A stretch of 64,000 nucleotides of DNA from Isurus oxyrinchus (taxonomy: Eukaryota): NCBI GenBank assembly GCA_026770705.1, contig JANJGN010000021.1, positions 117,986,001 through 118,050,000 of the forward strand, in the 5' to 3' direction. Positions 15,001 to 27,600 of the stretch are shown here, piece by piece (position 1 is the stretch's first letter; each line of letters begins with the position of its first letter). The position numbers and the translations under genes are program-made. The notes under the pieces are model-generated. The model searched no databases and had not been told where the DNA came from. It saw only the letters and a list, made by a program, of their open reading frames with translations.

Positions 15001-15315
15001 GTTCTAATATAGAGACCTGTCCACAGTGAGTCTGGTTCTAGTATAGAGACCAGTCCTCAGAGTCTGGCTCTAGTATAGAGACCAGTCCACAATGAGTCTG
15101 CTTCTAGTATAGAGACTGGTCCACAGTGAGCCCAGGTCTAGTATAGACACCGGTCCACAGTGAACCCGTGTCTAGTATAGAGACCGGTCCACAGTGAACC
15201 CGGGTCTAGTATAGAGACCAGACCACCATGAGTCTGGTTCTAGTATAAAGACCGGTCCACAGTGAGTCTGGTTCTAGTATAGAGACCGGTCCACAGTGAC
15301 TCCGAGCCTGATATA
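1..15315. repeat. 34-bp satellite (consensus AGAGACCGGTCCACAGTGAGTCTGGTTCTAGTAT), roughly 450 monomers, with higher-order repeats; continues off the left edge
   Basis: Direct tandem periodicity of 34; diagnostic variant blocks recur at offsets 1189, 1937, 2140 and 2445 bp. Confidence 0.98.
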
Positions 15316-15613
15316 AATCCTGGTCCATAATGAGTCTCTGACTATATCATGGAGCTCTGTTTGCTTGTGTGTTTGTGTATTTGTGAAAGTCGATGTGGTT
15401 ATCTATAGGACTGATTGGCTGGGCACCTGTCCAATGTGGTTGCTCCTCCAAATTTGGTGTCCTCATGAGGTGAAGATCAGTGTTCACCTCACGAGCATTT
15501 AGTCAATGTGGAAAGCCATGTCTGATGGTAACAGGGGCTGATGCCAGGCAGTGGTTACAATTCCAGTTTATACGTACCAACAATGAGCTCTTCACTGACA
15601 GCACTCCATCCAT

Positions 15614-15628
15614 TTAGTTTATTTTCTC
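15614..15628 (-). CDS. TAPBP: Tapasin exon 8 coding part (EKIN*), completing a KxKxx ER-retrieval motif
   Basis: Branch-like ctgac plus cttctcttacag|GAG AAA ATA AAC TAA; joined to exon 7 it gives ...GK-EKIN*, with Lys at -5 and -3. Confidence 0.8.
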   Translation of the reverse strand, partial: EKIN

Positions 15629-18600
15629 CTGTAAGAGAAGGTCACGTCAGTCCTGAATGTAACAACATGTGAGAGAGAATGTCCCTCCACTCCCTGACTC
15701 TCCGTGTTCGTGACCAATCATTCGACCTCAGTCAGAGGGTAAAGCAATCCCGGAAAGCTTTTGCTCATTCCATTTCTCCCTTTCTCTCTGGCTGACAATC
15801 CCACATGGGCACCCTTAGCCCATTACCTACATGACCATTATTCTTGTTGGTGCCCCAGTAGTGAGAGCTATCCAACCATGGGCATGGGGACAAGAACAGT
15901 CAAAAAGTGGCAGAGGACAGGCAGCGCGTAAGCATCATCAGCAGGAATCTTGTTCTAATGTTCTCTCTGAACCGAGGGACTCAGACAGAACGTGTTTCAG
16001 AGCCTCCCAGTTGTATGGGAAGGGGAGGAGTGCAGGAACGGTGAGAGTGGGGGGAGGGAATGGGTGGCACTACCTCAGTGCTGCACCGAAGTGTTGGCTC
16101 AGATTCCATGCTCTTGTCTCCGGGGCAGGACTTAAACCCCTTGAATACATCCAACACCCCAGGATGCTCCAAACTGGTGTCCTGACTCTATGAATTACTA
16201 GGTTCATTGCTGGAAGGGGTTCTAACCCTGGGGCCCTGTAGTGAAGGGGCCATCACCTTCAGGACTGCCCCAAAACAGCAGGAATGTCCACATCAGCGGC
16301 AACACCCTCCCTTCCGACAGGTAGATGTTACTTTGAGCTGTGACTGCAAGACTTGCGGGCTCAGTGAATGTAAATATTGTAGCTGTCTTTTTACCTTGCC
16401 TTCTTCTGTCAAATTAAGCACGAGAGGATAAACTGAAAGACAAAGGTAAAATACAGTCATAGAACCATAGAACACTACAGCACAGAAAGCAGGCCATTCG
16501 GCCCTTCTAGTCTGTGCCGAAATATTATTCCGCTAGTCCCATTGACCTGCAACTAGTCCATAACCCTCCAGACCTCTCCCATCCATGTATCTCTCCAATT
16601 TATTCTTAAAACCAAGAGTGAGCCCGCATTTACCACATCAGATGGCAGCTTGTTCCACACTCTCACCACTCTCTGAGTGAAGAATTTCCCCCTAATGTTC
16701 CTCCTAAACCTTTCCCCTTTCCCCCTAAAGCCATGTCCTCTCGTGTTTATCTCTCCTAATCTAAGTGGAAAGAGCCTACTCGCAGTTACTCTGTCTATAC
16801 CCCTCATAATTTTGTAAACTTCTATCAAATCTCCCCTCGTTCTTCTACGCTCCAAGGAATAAAGTCCTAACCTGTTTAATCTTTCCCTGTAACTCAACTC
16901 CTTAAGACCCGGCAACATCCTAGTAAATCTTCTCTGCACTCTCTCAATCTTACTGATATCCTTCCTGTAGTTAGGCGACCAGAACTGCACACAACACTCC
17001 AAAGTTGGCCTCACCAATGTCTTATACAACCTCACCATAACATCCCAACTCCTATATTCAATAACTTGATTTATGCCAAAAGCTTTCTTTACAACCCTGT
17101 CTACCTGTGACGCCTCTTTCAGTCCATGTGTGATCTTTCGTTCCTTCTGTCAACATGCTTCCAATGCAGATCTTTTAACAACAGACAAACTCTCCAGGCA
17201 TTCCACAGGAGAGGAATTTAGGCAGAAATTGACACATATTGGGACAGGTGACCATAAGCTTGGAAAAAGGGTCAATTGAAGAAGGAGAGAAGGGAGACAG
17301 AGAGAGAGGTAGGGCTGTCGGGAATGGAGGAGGTTGCAGAGAGAGGTAGGGTTGTCGGGAATGGAGGAGGTTGCAGAGAAAGGGAGGGCTCTAGGGGCTG
17401 GGAGGAGGTTGCAGAGATAGGGAGGGTTGTAGGGGCTGGGAGGAGGTTGCAGAGTTAGGGAGGGATGTAGGGGCTGGAGGAGGTTACAGAGTTAGGGAGG
17501 AATCTAGGGGCTGGAAGAAGCTACAGCGATAGAGAGGGTTGTATGGGCTGGAGGATGTTACAGAGAAAGGGAGGGTTGTCAGGGATGGAGGAGGTTATAG
17601 AGATAGGGAGGGTTGTCGGGGATGAAGGAGGTTATAGAAATAGGGAGGGTTGTCAGGGATGGAGGATGTTACAGAGAAAGGGAGGGTTGTCAGGGATGGA
17701 GGAGGTTATAGAGATAGGGAGGGTTGTCGGGGATGAAGGAGGTTATAGAAATAGGGAGGATTCTAGGGCTGGGGGAGGTTACAGAGATAAGGAGGGTTGT
17801 AGGGGCTGGAGGATGTTACAGAGATAGGGAGGGTTGTCGGGGATGGATGAGGCTATAGAGATAGGGAGGGTCCTAGGGGCTGGAGGAGGTTACAGAGATA
17901 AGGAGGGATGTAGGGGCTGAAGGAGGTTACAGCGATAGGGAGAGTTGTCAGGGCTGGAGGAGGTTCCAGAGATAGGGAGGGTTGTAGGGGTTGGAGAAGT
18001 TTACAGAGATAGGGAGGGGTGTAGGGGATGGAGGAGGTTCCAGAGATAGGGAGAGTTGTAGGGGTCAGAGAAGTTTACAGAGATAGGGAGGGTTGTAGGG
18101 GCTGGAGGAGGTTTCAGAGATAGGGAGGTTGTAGGAGCAGGAGGAGGTTACAAAGATAGGGAGGGATATTGGGGGTGGAGGAGGTTACAGCCATAGGGAG
18201 GGTTGTCAGGGATGGAGGAGGTTATAGAGATAGGGAGGGTTATAGGGGCTGGAGGAGGTTACAGTGATAGGGAGGGTTGTAGGGGCTGAAGGAGGTTACA
18301 GAGATAGGGAAGGTTATAGGAGTGACAGGAGGTTACAAAGATAGGGAGAGATATCGGGAGTGGAGGAGATTACTTACAGACATAGGGAGTGTTATAGGGG
18401 CTGGAGGAGGTTACAGAGATATGGAGGGTTATAGGAGCTGGAGAAGGTTACAGAGATAGGGAGGGATATCGGGGGTGGAGCAGGTTACAGACATAGGGAG
18501 GGATATCGGGGGTGGAGCAGGTTACAGACATAGGGAGGGTTATAGGGGCTGTAGGAGGTTACAGAGATAGGGAGGGTTATAGGGGCAGGGGGAGGTTTCA

Positions 18601-21600
18601 GAGATAGGGGGTAGTGGGACCATTGATGAATTGACCAATTCTCTTCGTGCTTTCTGCTCTTAGATAACATAAGAACGTAAGACCTAGGAGCAGGAATAGG
18701 TGATTCAGCCCCTCGAATCTGCCCTGCCATTCATTACGATCAAGGCTAATCTCATTTCAGCCTCAACTCCAATTTCCTGCCCTCTCCCCATAACCTTTCA
18801 ACCCATTCCTGATTAAAAATCTGTCTATCTCCTCCTTAAATTTATTCAGCGTCCCGGCATCCACTGCATTCTGAGGTAGTGAATTCCACAGATTCACAAC
18901 CCTTTGAGAAAAGTAATTCATCCTCATCTTTGATTTAAATCCATCACCCCTTAGCCTAAAACTATGGCCGATAACCAAGCAATGGAACCCTCTGTGAAGA
19001 CCTCATTTCCTCACCACTCTGCGATCATCCAATCCAAACTGGTACAGAAGGTAAAGTCGCACAGGATCAGAGGTGAGCTGGCAGGATGGATACAGAATTG
19101 GCTTGGTCACAGAAGACAGAGGGTAGCAGTGGAAGGATGCTTTCTGAATGGAGAGCTGTGACTAGTGGAGTTCCGCAGGGATCAGTGCTGGGACCTTTGC
19201 TGTTTGTAGTATACATAAATGATTTGGAGGAAAATGTAACTGGGCTAATTAGTAAGTTTGCAGACGACACTAAGGTTGGAGGAGTTGCAGATAGTGAAGA
19301 GGATTGTCAAAGGATACAACGGGATATAGATCGGTTGGAGACTTAGGCGGAGAAATGGCAGATGGAGTTTAATCCGGACAAATGCGAGGTCATGCATTTT
19401 GGAAGGTCTAATACAGGCAGGAATTATACAGTAAATGGCAGAACTCTTAAGTGCGTTGACGGGCAGAGGGATCTGGGTGTACAGGTCCACAGGTCACTGA
19501 AAGTGGTAACGCAGGTGGATAAGGTAGTCAGGAAGGCATATGGCATGCTTGCCTTCATTGGCAGGGGTATTGAGTATAAAAGCTGGGAAGTCATGCTGCA
19601 GCTGTATAGAACCTTGGTTAGGCCACACTTGGAATATTGCGTGCAATTCTGGTCACCACATTATCAGAAGGATATGAAGGCATTGGAGAGGGTGCAGAGG
19701 AGGTTTACCAGGATGCTGCCTGGTCTGGAGGTTATTAGCTATGAGGAGAGGTTGGAGAAACTCGGATTGTTCCCACTGGAGCGACGGAGATTGAGGGGCG
19801 ACTTGATAGAAGTTTACAAAATTATGAGTGGCATGGACAGAGTAGATAGTCAGACGCTTTTTCCCAGGGTGGAAGAGTCAATTACTGGGGGACATAGATT
19901 TAAGGTGAGAGGAGAAAACTACAGAGGAGATGTGCAGGGCAAGTTTTTTACACAGAGGGTAGTGAGTGTCTGGAATTCGCTGCCAGAGGAGGTGGTGGAA
20001 GCAGGTATGATAGTGGTGTTTAAGAGGCAGCTTGACAAATACATGAATAGGATGGGAATAGAGGGATACGGACCCCGGAAGTGCAAAATGTTTTAGTTCA
20101 CGGGCAATATGATGGGCGCAGGTTTGGAGGGCCGAAGGGCCTGTTCCTGTGCTGTACTTTTCCTTGTTCTTTGTTCAAACAGGGGGACAGATTCCGCAAC
20201 TGGAGTTGGAAAAGCTGTGACCTGGCTGAGAGGCTGCAGCCTCCACTGTGATAGGGGGACTACAGGCTAGCTGAAGATCATCTGATCAGCAAAACAGTTT
20301 AAAATATCCACATCATGGCAATTACCTTTCACAGTAAATATCCAGTAGAAAAATTTCAATGTGGTATATAGAATGATAGCACAAACGAACAACCCAATCA
20401 CATCATCGATGGAAGGACCAGCAGCTCCTGCAGGGAGACAGAGAGAACCTGTTAACGACCTCTCGGTACCATCGCTCTCACTCAGCAGGCAGATCCTCAA
20501 CGTGCACCTTCAGAGTAAACCCTCCCCATTTCCCTTCTCACCTTGCACAGCAGGATCCCCTCTAAAGGTCAAAAGGTCATGACAGGGATCAGCCTCTGAA
20601 TTCAGCAAGAACTGTAAAGCGAAGTTATAGAGGCGGCTCGAGCTGACTGCTTGTTAAAGCGAGCAGATCAAGGGACACGGGCGTGTTGAACCTGTGGATA
20701 GCAGCACTGAGGTGGAACTGGACCCCCACCCCTCCCCACCCCCATCTCCCCACCCCACCTCCCCAATACCACCCCGCCCCCCCCCCTCCCCCCTCCCCCA
20801 AACCATGACAATCTGAGCCGTTCAGCCATCCTGTGGACATATCGGACCCAGTTTTAAGGCTGTCTCCATCCGCTGGGGAGGACTGCCTGCTCTTTACCGA
20901 ACCAGTTGCTTTTTAAGGGAATGCAGATCAGGGCACCTGATCCTCCCCGCCAGATTACCACCAAGTCCAAAACGCGCCCCGTCCATCAGTTTCCATCCAG
21001 TGCCCAAGGCTGCAGTGAGGCTGGAGAGTGCTGCATCCTCTCTGATGCTGAGCAAAGGCAGCAGATGCAGCAGACCAGGGCATGAGTATTGGATCGACTC
21101 TCAAAACTGACTCTTACCTGAACGTCGTCCAGAATATCCCCCCTCAAACCAGTGTTCAAAAAAAACCTCCCAAAACCAGGCCATTTTAATCTTCCGATGC
21201 CAATCTCGAAAAGGGATCACTTTTAACCAACAACAAGAGCCTGCCTTTCACTGGCCCCACTAACATACAAAAAACCATCGGGAGGCACTTCACAAAGGTG
21301 CAATCAGACAAGAACTGACACCGAGTCAGAGAACATAGGAAAGGTGCAGGCGTTAGGAGGTGCAACCAAAAACCTTGGCCAAAGAAGTGGGTTTAAAAAA
21401 AAAATGGTCTTTGAGGGAGGAGAGAGAGGGAGGTAGAGAGGCAGAAAGGGTTAATGAGGGGATTGGAGAGAGTGCGGTGGAGAAAGGGGGCTGTGGAATG
21501 TGGGATAGACCAGGTTCGAGGAGGGCGGAGTTCTTGGAGGGTAGGGCTGCGAGGAGTTACTGAGACCAGGACAAAGTATTCCAGACGGAAGGTTTATATA

Positions 21601-24600
21601 GTATGGGGCTGGACTCTACGCAGATGATCGCAATGAGAACAGCGTGAACCCTTCCTTAATAAGGGATCCTGGCTCTCTGTAAAGGGGCTACCTACGGCAA
21701 GCCTTGCTATTTAAACAGGTGAAGAATGTTGGTGACTAGCGTGGGTCACAGGCTGGGATGGGAACTAACCTCACGCGGATCATGGTACTGGTTCAGAGAC
21801 TCTCGGGCCAGGCGTGTGTGTACTGGACTATCAAAGTATGAGGGCTAACAACGAGCTACACTCAAACTGGGAAGCATGGTTCTCATGCATTGACCCTGGT
21901 CCCCGGGGTGGTAGAAGAGTCGGGGTCTGGGACTACTTCAAACACCGACTGTATTAGCCCCGAGTTTGCGTTGCCTTTACCTGCTACCTTCAGGGTTATA
22001 CTCTTCCGGACTGCAGACCCAGCAGACACATGGTCAACGTAGCAGGTGTAGACAGTGTCGTGGTCGCCCGAGGTGGGCTTGATGCTGACGTAACTCGTCA
22101 CGTTGAATGTACCATCCGGGTTCTTGCGGTGGCCACTCATCCAGCTCTGGGTGATGTGCTCAGCAGTGCTGTTACCAGCAGGTCTCTTCATCCAGCTTAC
22201 ACTCACATCCAGGGGGTAGTAGGAGCTGATCTCACACAGCACGTTGTGGTCCTGGCCAGGAGCCAGATACAAAGGATCCGGGCTCAGTGCAAGTTTTGGA
22301 GGCTCTGGCAACAAAAATGGAAAGAAATAGTGACCGGCACTCGGACGTCCATCACCACACCCCCCCCCCGCCACGCTCCCTACCACACCCCCCCCTCCCC
22401 AACTCACCACACCCCCCCTCCCCAACTCACCACACCCCCCCCTCCCCAACTCACCACACCCCCCCCTCCCCAACTCACCACACCCCCCCCTCCCCAACTC
22501 ACCACACCCCCCCCTCCCCAACTCACCACACTCCCCTCCCCAACTCACCACACCCCCCCCTTCCCAACTCACCACACCCCCCCCGCCACGCTCCCTGCCA
22601 CACCCCCCTCCCCCCCCTCACCACACCCCCCTCCCCAACTCACCACACTCCCCTCCCCAACTCACCACACCCCCCCTCCCCAACTCACCACACCCCCCCC
22701 TTCCCAACTCACCACACCCCCCCGCCACGCTCCCTGCCACACCCCCCCTCCCCCCTCACCACACCCCCCCCCACCACACTCCCTTCCACACCCCCCCATC
22801 CCCAACTCACAACACCCCCCCTCCCTCCACCTCACCTCACCGCCCCTCCCCAACTCACCACACCCCCCTCCCACCTCACCACACCCCCCCTCCCCCCCCT
22901 CACCACACCCCCCCACCACACTCCCTTCCACACACCCCTCCCCCCCCCTCACCACACCCACCCCCGCCACGCTCCCTACCACACCCCCCCTCCCCAACTC
23001 ACCACAACCCCCTCCCCAACTCACCACAACCCCCTCCCCAACTCACCACACCCCCCCCTCCCCAACTCACTACACCCCTCCCCAACTCATCACACCCCCC
23101 CGCCACACTCCCTGCCACACCCCCCCTCACCAAATCACCACACCCCCCCCCGCCACACTCCCTTCCACACCCCCCTCCCCCCCTCACCACAACCCCCCCG
23201 CCACACTCCCTTCTACACCCCCCCATCCCCAACTCACCACACCCCCTCCCTCCCCTCACCTCACCGCCCCTCCCCCCCTCACCACACCCCCCTCCCCCCT
23301 CACCACACCCCCCCGCCACACTCCCTTCCACACCCCCCCATCCCCAACTCACCACACCCCCCCTCCCTCCCCTCACCGCCCCTCCCCCCTCACCACACCC
23401 CCCTCCCCCCCTCACCACACCCCCCTCCCCCCTCACCACACCCCCTCCCCCCCTCACCACACCCTCCCACCACACTCCCTCCCACACCCCCCTCCCCCAC
23501 CTCACCACACCCCCCCCACCACACTCCCTTCCACACCCCCCTCCCCCACCTCACCACACCCCCCCCCACCACACTCCCTTCCACACTGCTCCTCCCCCCC
23601 TCACCACACCCCCCCTCTCCCCCTCACCACACCCCCCCTCACCTCGCCCCCCCTCTCTCCCCTCATCACACCCGCCCTCCCCCCCTCACCACACCGCCCC
23701 TCCATCCCCTCACCACACGCCCCCTCCCTCCCCTCACCACGCCCCCCCTCCCCCCTCTCAACACGCCCCCCCCTCCCCCCCCTCACCACGCCGCCCCTCC
23801 CTCCCACCAGCAATGAGAAGGGGCAATGGGACTGAGGGGAGCCCTATCTCAGGGAGAGGGGCAATGGGGACTGGGAATGAGGGGATACCTCTCTCAGGGA
23901 GAGGAGGCCATAGGGACTGGGAATGAGGGGATCCCTCTCTCAGGGTGAGGAGGCAATAGGGATTGGGACTGAGGGGTACCTCTCTCAGGGAGAGAGGCAA
24001 TGGGGACAGGGACTGAGGGGTATGCTCTCTCAGGGAGGGGAGGCAATAAGGAATGGGACTGAGGGGAACCCTCTCTCAGGGAGAGGGGCAATACAGACTG
24101 GGACTGAGGGGTATGTTCTCTCAAGGCAATAGGGACTGGGACTGAGGGGATCCCTCTCTCAGGGAGAGGGGCAATAGGGATTGGGACTGAGGGGATCCCT
24201 CTCTCAGGGAGAGGGGCAATAGGGATTGGGACTGAGGGGATCCCTCTCTCAGGGAGAGGGGCAATAGGGATTGGGACTGAGGGGATCCCTCTCTCAGGGA
24301 GAGGGGCAATAGGGATTGGGACTGAGGGGATCCCTCTCTCAGGGAGAGGGGCAATAGGGATTGGGACTGAGGGGATCCCTCTCTCAGGGAGAGGGGCAAT
24401 AGGGATTGGGACTGAGGGGATCCCACTCTCAGAGACAGGAGGCAATAGGAACTGGGACTGAGGGGATCCCTCTCTCAGGGAGAGGGGCAATTGGGACTGC
24501 GACTGAGGGCAGCTCTGATTCAGGGAGAGGGGGATTGGGACTGAGGGGATTCGATAGCCCCGCTGCCTCCTCTTCCTGAGAGAGGGCTCCCCTCAGGCCT

Positions 24601-27600
24601 GTAGTAAGTATCTCCCTCTGTCTAGTTTGGGCTGCTCTTGGTGAGAGCTGGCACAGACATGATAGGCCAAATGGCCTCCGCGTGTGCTATGAACATCTTT
24701 TGTTCTACTGCCTGTTATGCATTTCTTGTCAGATTTTGCTTGTCCACATCTCGGAGAGCATCTTGTTATCCACATTCCACCTTCAGTACTGGAGATCTAA
24801 CAGGATCTATTCACAATCGGACTGTTGACTATACCTGTGACATGCAGGTCAATGGTCTGCTGAGCGTGTAGGTTGGGCATATAAACGGTACAGATGTAGC
24901 TTCCTTCGTGCCTCATGTCAACATTGCGAATCAGGAGTGAGGCATTTCCGTGACTGTGGAGCTCGTAGAAGAACATTTCAGTCCCCTCCTCAGCCAAGTC
25001 CACCCGGTCTTGGGCCCCATTGTACGCGTACACCAGGTGCCCGCTGCCCTTAAACTGGTAGCGCCACTCCACCGCAAAGCCAGTCTTCCTGTCCATGGCA
25101 AAGCCACAATCAAGCAGGACATCCCGTTTCAGTTCCGTCTTCAGAGACGATGTGCGGGTGAACACATTCAGGACAACTGAGAAAGAAAGGCCAGAGCTAG
25201 AAGCATGGAAATCATGGAGAGAAAGACTTACGTTTAGTTGGCGTCTTCCGCGACCTCAGCATGGCCCAAATCGCTTTACAGCCAATGGGGTCCTTTGAAA
25301 ATATAGTCACTATTTTGGCTCACTGGCTGGCATTCTCGCCTTTGAATTGGAAGGTTGTATTTCAAACCCTGCTCCAGGACTTGAGCACAGTAACCAAGTG
25401 CAGCGCTGATGGAGTGCTGTACTGTTGGAGGTGCCATCTTTCAATGGGATTAAGGCCCTGTCTGACCTCTCAGATAGGCACACACACAATCCCACAGCCA
25501 CTATTTCGAAAGAGATCGGCGGGGAGCCTGTGCCCTGGATGATCTTTATCCCTCAATCAACGTCACAAAAACCAGATTATCTATTATTATCACGCTGCTG
25601 TTTGTTTATTCACACTCTCCTTCTCTTTCTCCAGCACTTTTTTTTTGCTTTCAAGTGTTTATCCCATTCCCTTAGGAAAATTACTATTGAATCTGCATCC
25701 AGCACCCTTTCAGACAGCTCGCTGTGTTTAAAAATAAACTTAACATTCCTCCTCCCCGCTCTGGTTCTTTTGACAAGGCAACAGTGGCATAGACCAGAGG
25801 TCCAGAATAACGCAGAGACATGAGTTCAAAACCCCTCCAATTAATTAACAAATATCTGGAACAAAATGCTAGTCTCAGTCATAATGAATGTTGTAAACAC
25901 CCATCAGGTTCATGAATGTCCTTTAGGGAAGAAAATCTGTCATTGTTACCAGGTCTGGCCTACATGTCACTCCAGACCCACAGCAATGTCCCTTAATTGC
26001 TCCTCTGAAATGCCCCAGCAGGTCACTCAGTTCAAGGGCAATTAGGGATGGGCAATGAATGGCGTTGACGTTTCGAGTCCTCATGACCCTTCAACAGATC
26101 TGTCGAAGGGTCATGAGGACTCGAAACGTCAACTCTTCTCTTCTCCGCCGATGCTGCCAGACCTGCTGAGTTTTTCCAGGTAATTCTGTTCTTGTTTTGG
26201 ATTTCCAGCATCCGCAGTTTTTTGTTTTTATGGGCAATGAATGTTGGTCACATCCCAGGAATGAATAAAAAAATTATAAGAACATAAGAATTAGGAGCAC
26301 GAGTAGGCCATTTGGCCCCTCGAGCCTGCTCCACAATTCTACGAGATCATAGCTGATCTGACTGTGGTCTTAACTCCTTTCCTGTCTGCTCCCCATAACC
26401 CTCCACTCCCTTGTCGATCAAAATTCTGTCCAAATCAGCCTTGAATATATTCAATGAGGCAGTCTCCACTGCTCGATGGGGGAGAGAAGTCCAAACAGCA
26501 ACGACTCCTTGAGAGAAAAGATTTCTCCTTACTGCCACCTTAAATGGGAAGACCTCATATTTTTAAACTGTGCCCCCTAGTGCAGATTCCACCCCCACAA
26601 GGGGAAACATCCTCTCAGCACTGCCCTGTCAAACCTCCTCAAATCCTTATGTTTCAATACGATCACCTCTTAGTTGTTTAGTATTAAAGAACTTCAGTAT
26701 TGCTGAAAAAAGGGACAGTTTTTGTTGAAGCTTTTAGTCTTGCACTCATCAGGACAATTCGCAAGAAATGCCAATGTCACCATCAACTGGGTGCATTCTC
26801 CATGGCAATGCCTCTACCAATCAGAATCCACTTACCAACCAATCAGCATTCTCTTTTCATGCAGTATAAATTTGTTGTTTTCTCCTGACTTTGGCATTTT
26901 CTTGCAAATTGTCCTGATGAGTGCAACATGAGAAGCTTCGACAAATAAAATGTCTGTTTTCAGCAATACTCAAGATCACCTCTCTTTCTTCTAAACTCCA
27001 TTGAGTAGAGGCCCAAACTACTCAATCTTTCTTCAAAGGACAACCCCTTCAACCCAGGAATCAGCCTGGTTAACCTTCTCTGAAGTGCCTCCAAAGCAAG
27101 GGTTTTTAAGTCAGAAGGCCAAAATTGCAGGCAGTACTCTAGGTGCAGTCTCAGCCAATGTACTGTAAAGTTGTGGCAAGACTTCCCTACTTTCATATCA
27201 TAAAAACGGAAAGTGAGGAAAAACTCAGCAGGTCTGGCAGCATCAGTGGAGACAGAGACAGAGTTAAGAACATAAGACCTAGGAGCAGGAATAGGCGATT
27301 CAGCCCCTCGAGCCTGCCCCGCCATTCATTACGATCAAGGCTGATCTCATTTCGGCCTCAACTCCAATTTCCCGCCCTCTCCCCGTAACCTTTCAACCCA
27401 TTCCTGATTAAAAATCTGTCTATCTCCTCCTTAAATTTATTCAGCATCCCGGCATCCACTGCACTCTGAGGTAGTGAATTCCACAGATTCACGACCCTTT
27501 GAGAAAAGTAATTCCTCCTCATCTCTGATTTAAATCTACCACCCCTTAGCCTAAAACTATAGCCTCTCGTTCTAGAATGCCCCACAAGGGGAAACATCTA

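Larger units (their letters stand above)
26278..27185 (-). mobile_element. CR1 LINE 3' fragment split by an inverted-repeat element
   Basis: HLEYCLQFW...[24 protein letters not shown]...RGDL and [17 protein letters not shown] on either side of the 26696-26970 insert. Confidence 0.85.

Noticed and set aside
1-15315. CRISPR-like array (34-bp, partly palindromic repeats)
   Set aside because: Repeats are head-to-tail with no unique spacers, there are no cas genes, and the context is a vertebrate intron-exon locus.
18620-18670. Possible tapasin cytoplasmic exon ([10 protein letters not shown])
   Set aside because: No suitable acceptor and it abuts a CR1 tail; the exons at 16395-16432 and 15614-15628 give proper splice sites and the ER motif.
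22030-23835. 601-aa and 509-aa Pro/Thr/His-rich ORFs (extensin/mucin-like)
   Set aside because: They are translations of the C-rich minisatellite, antisense to tapasin exon 5 and open in several frames.
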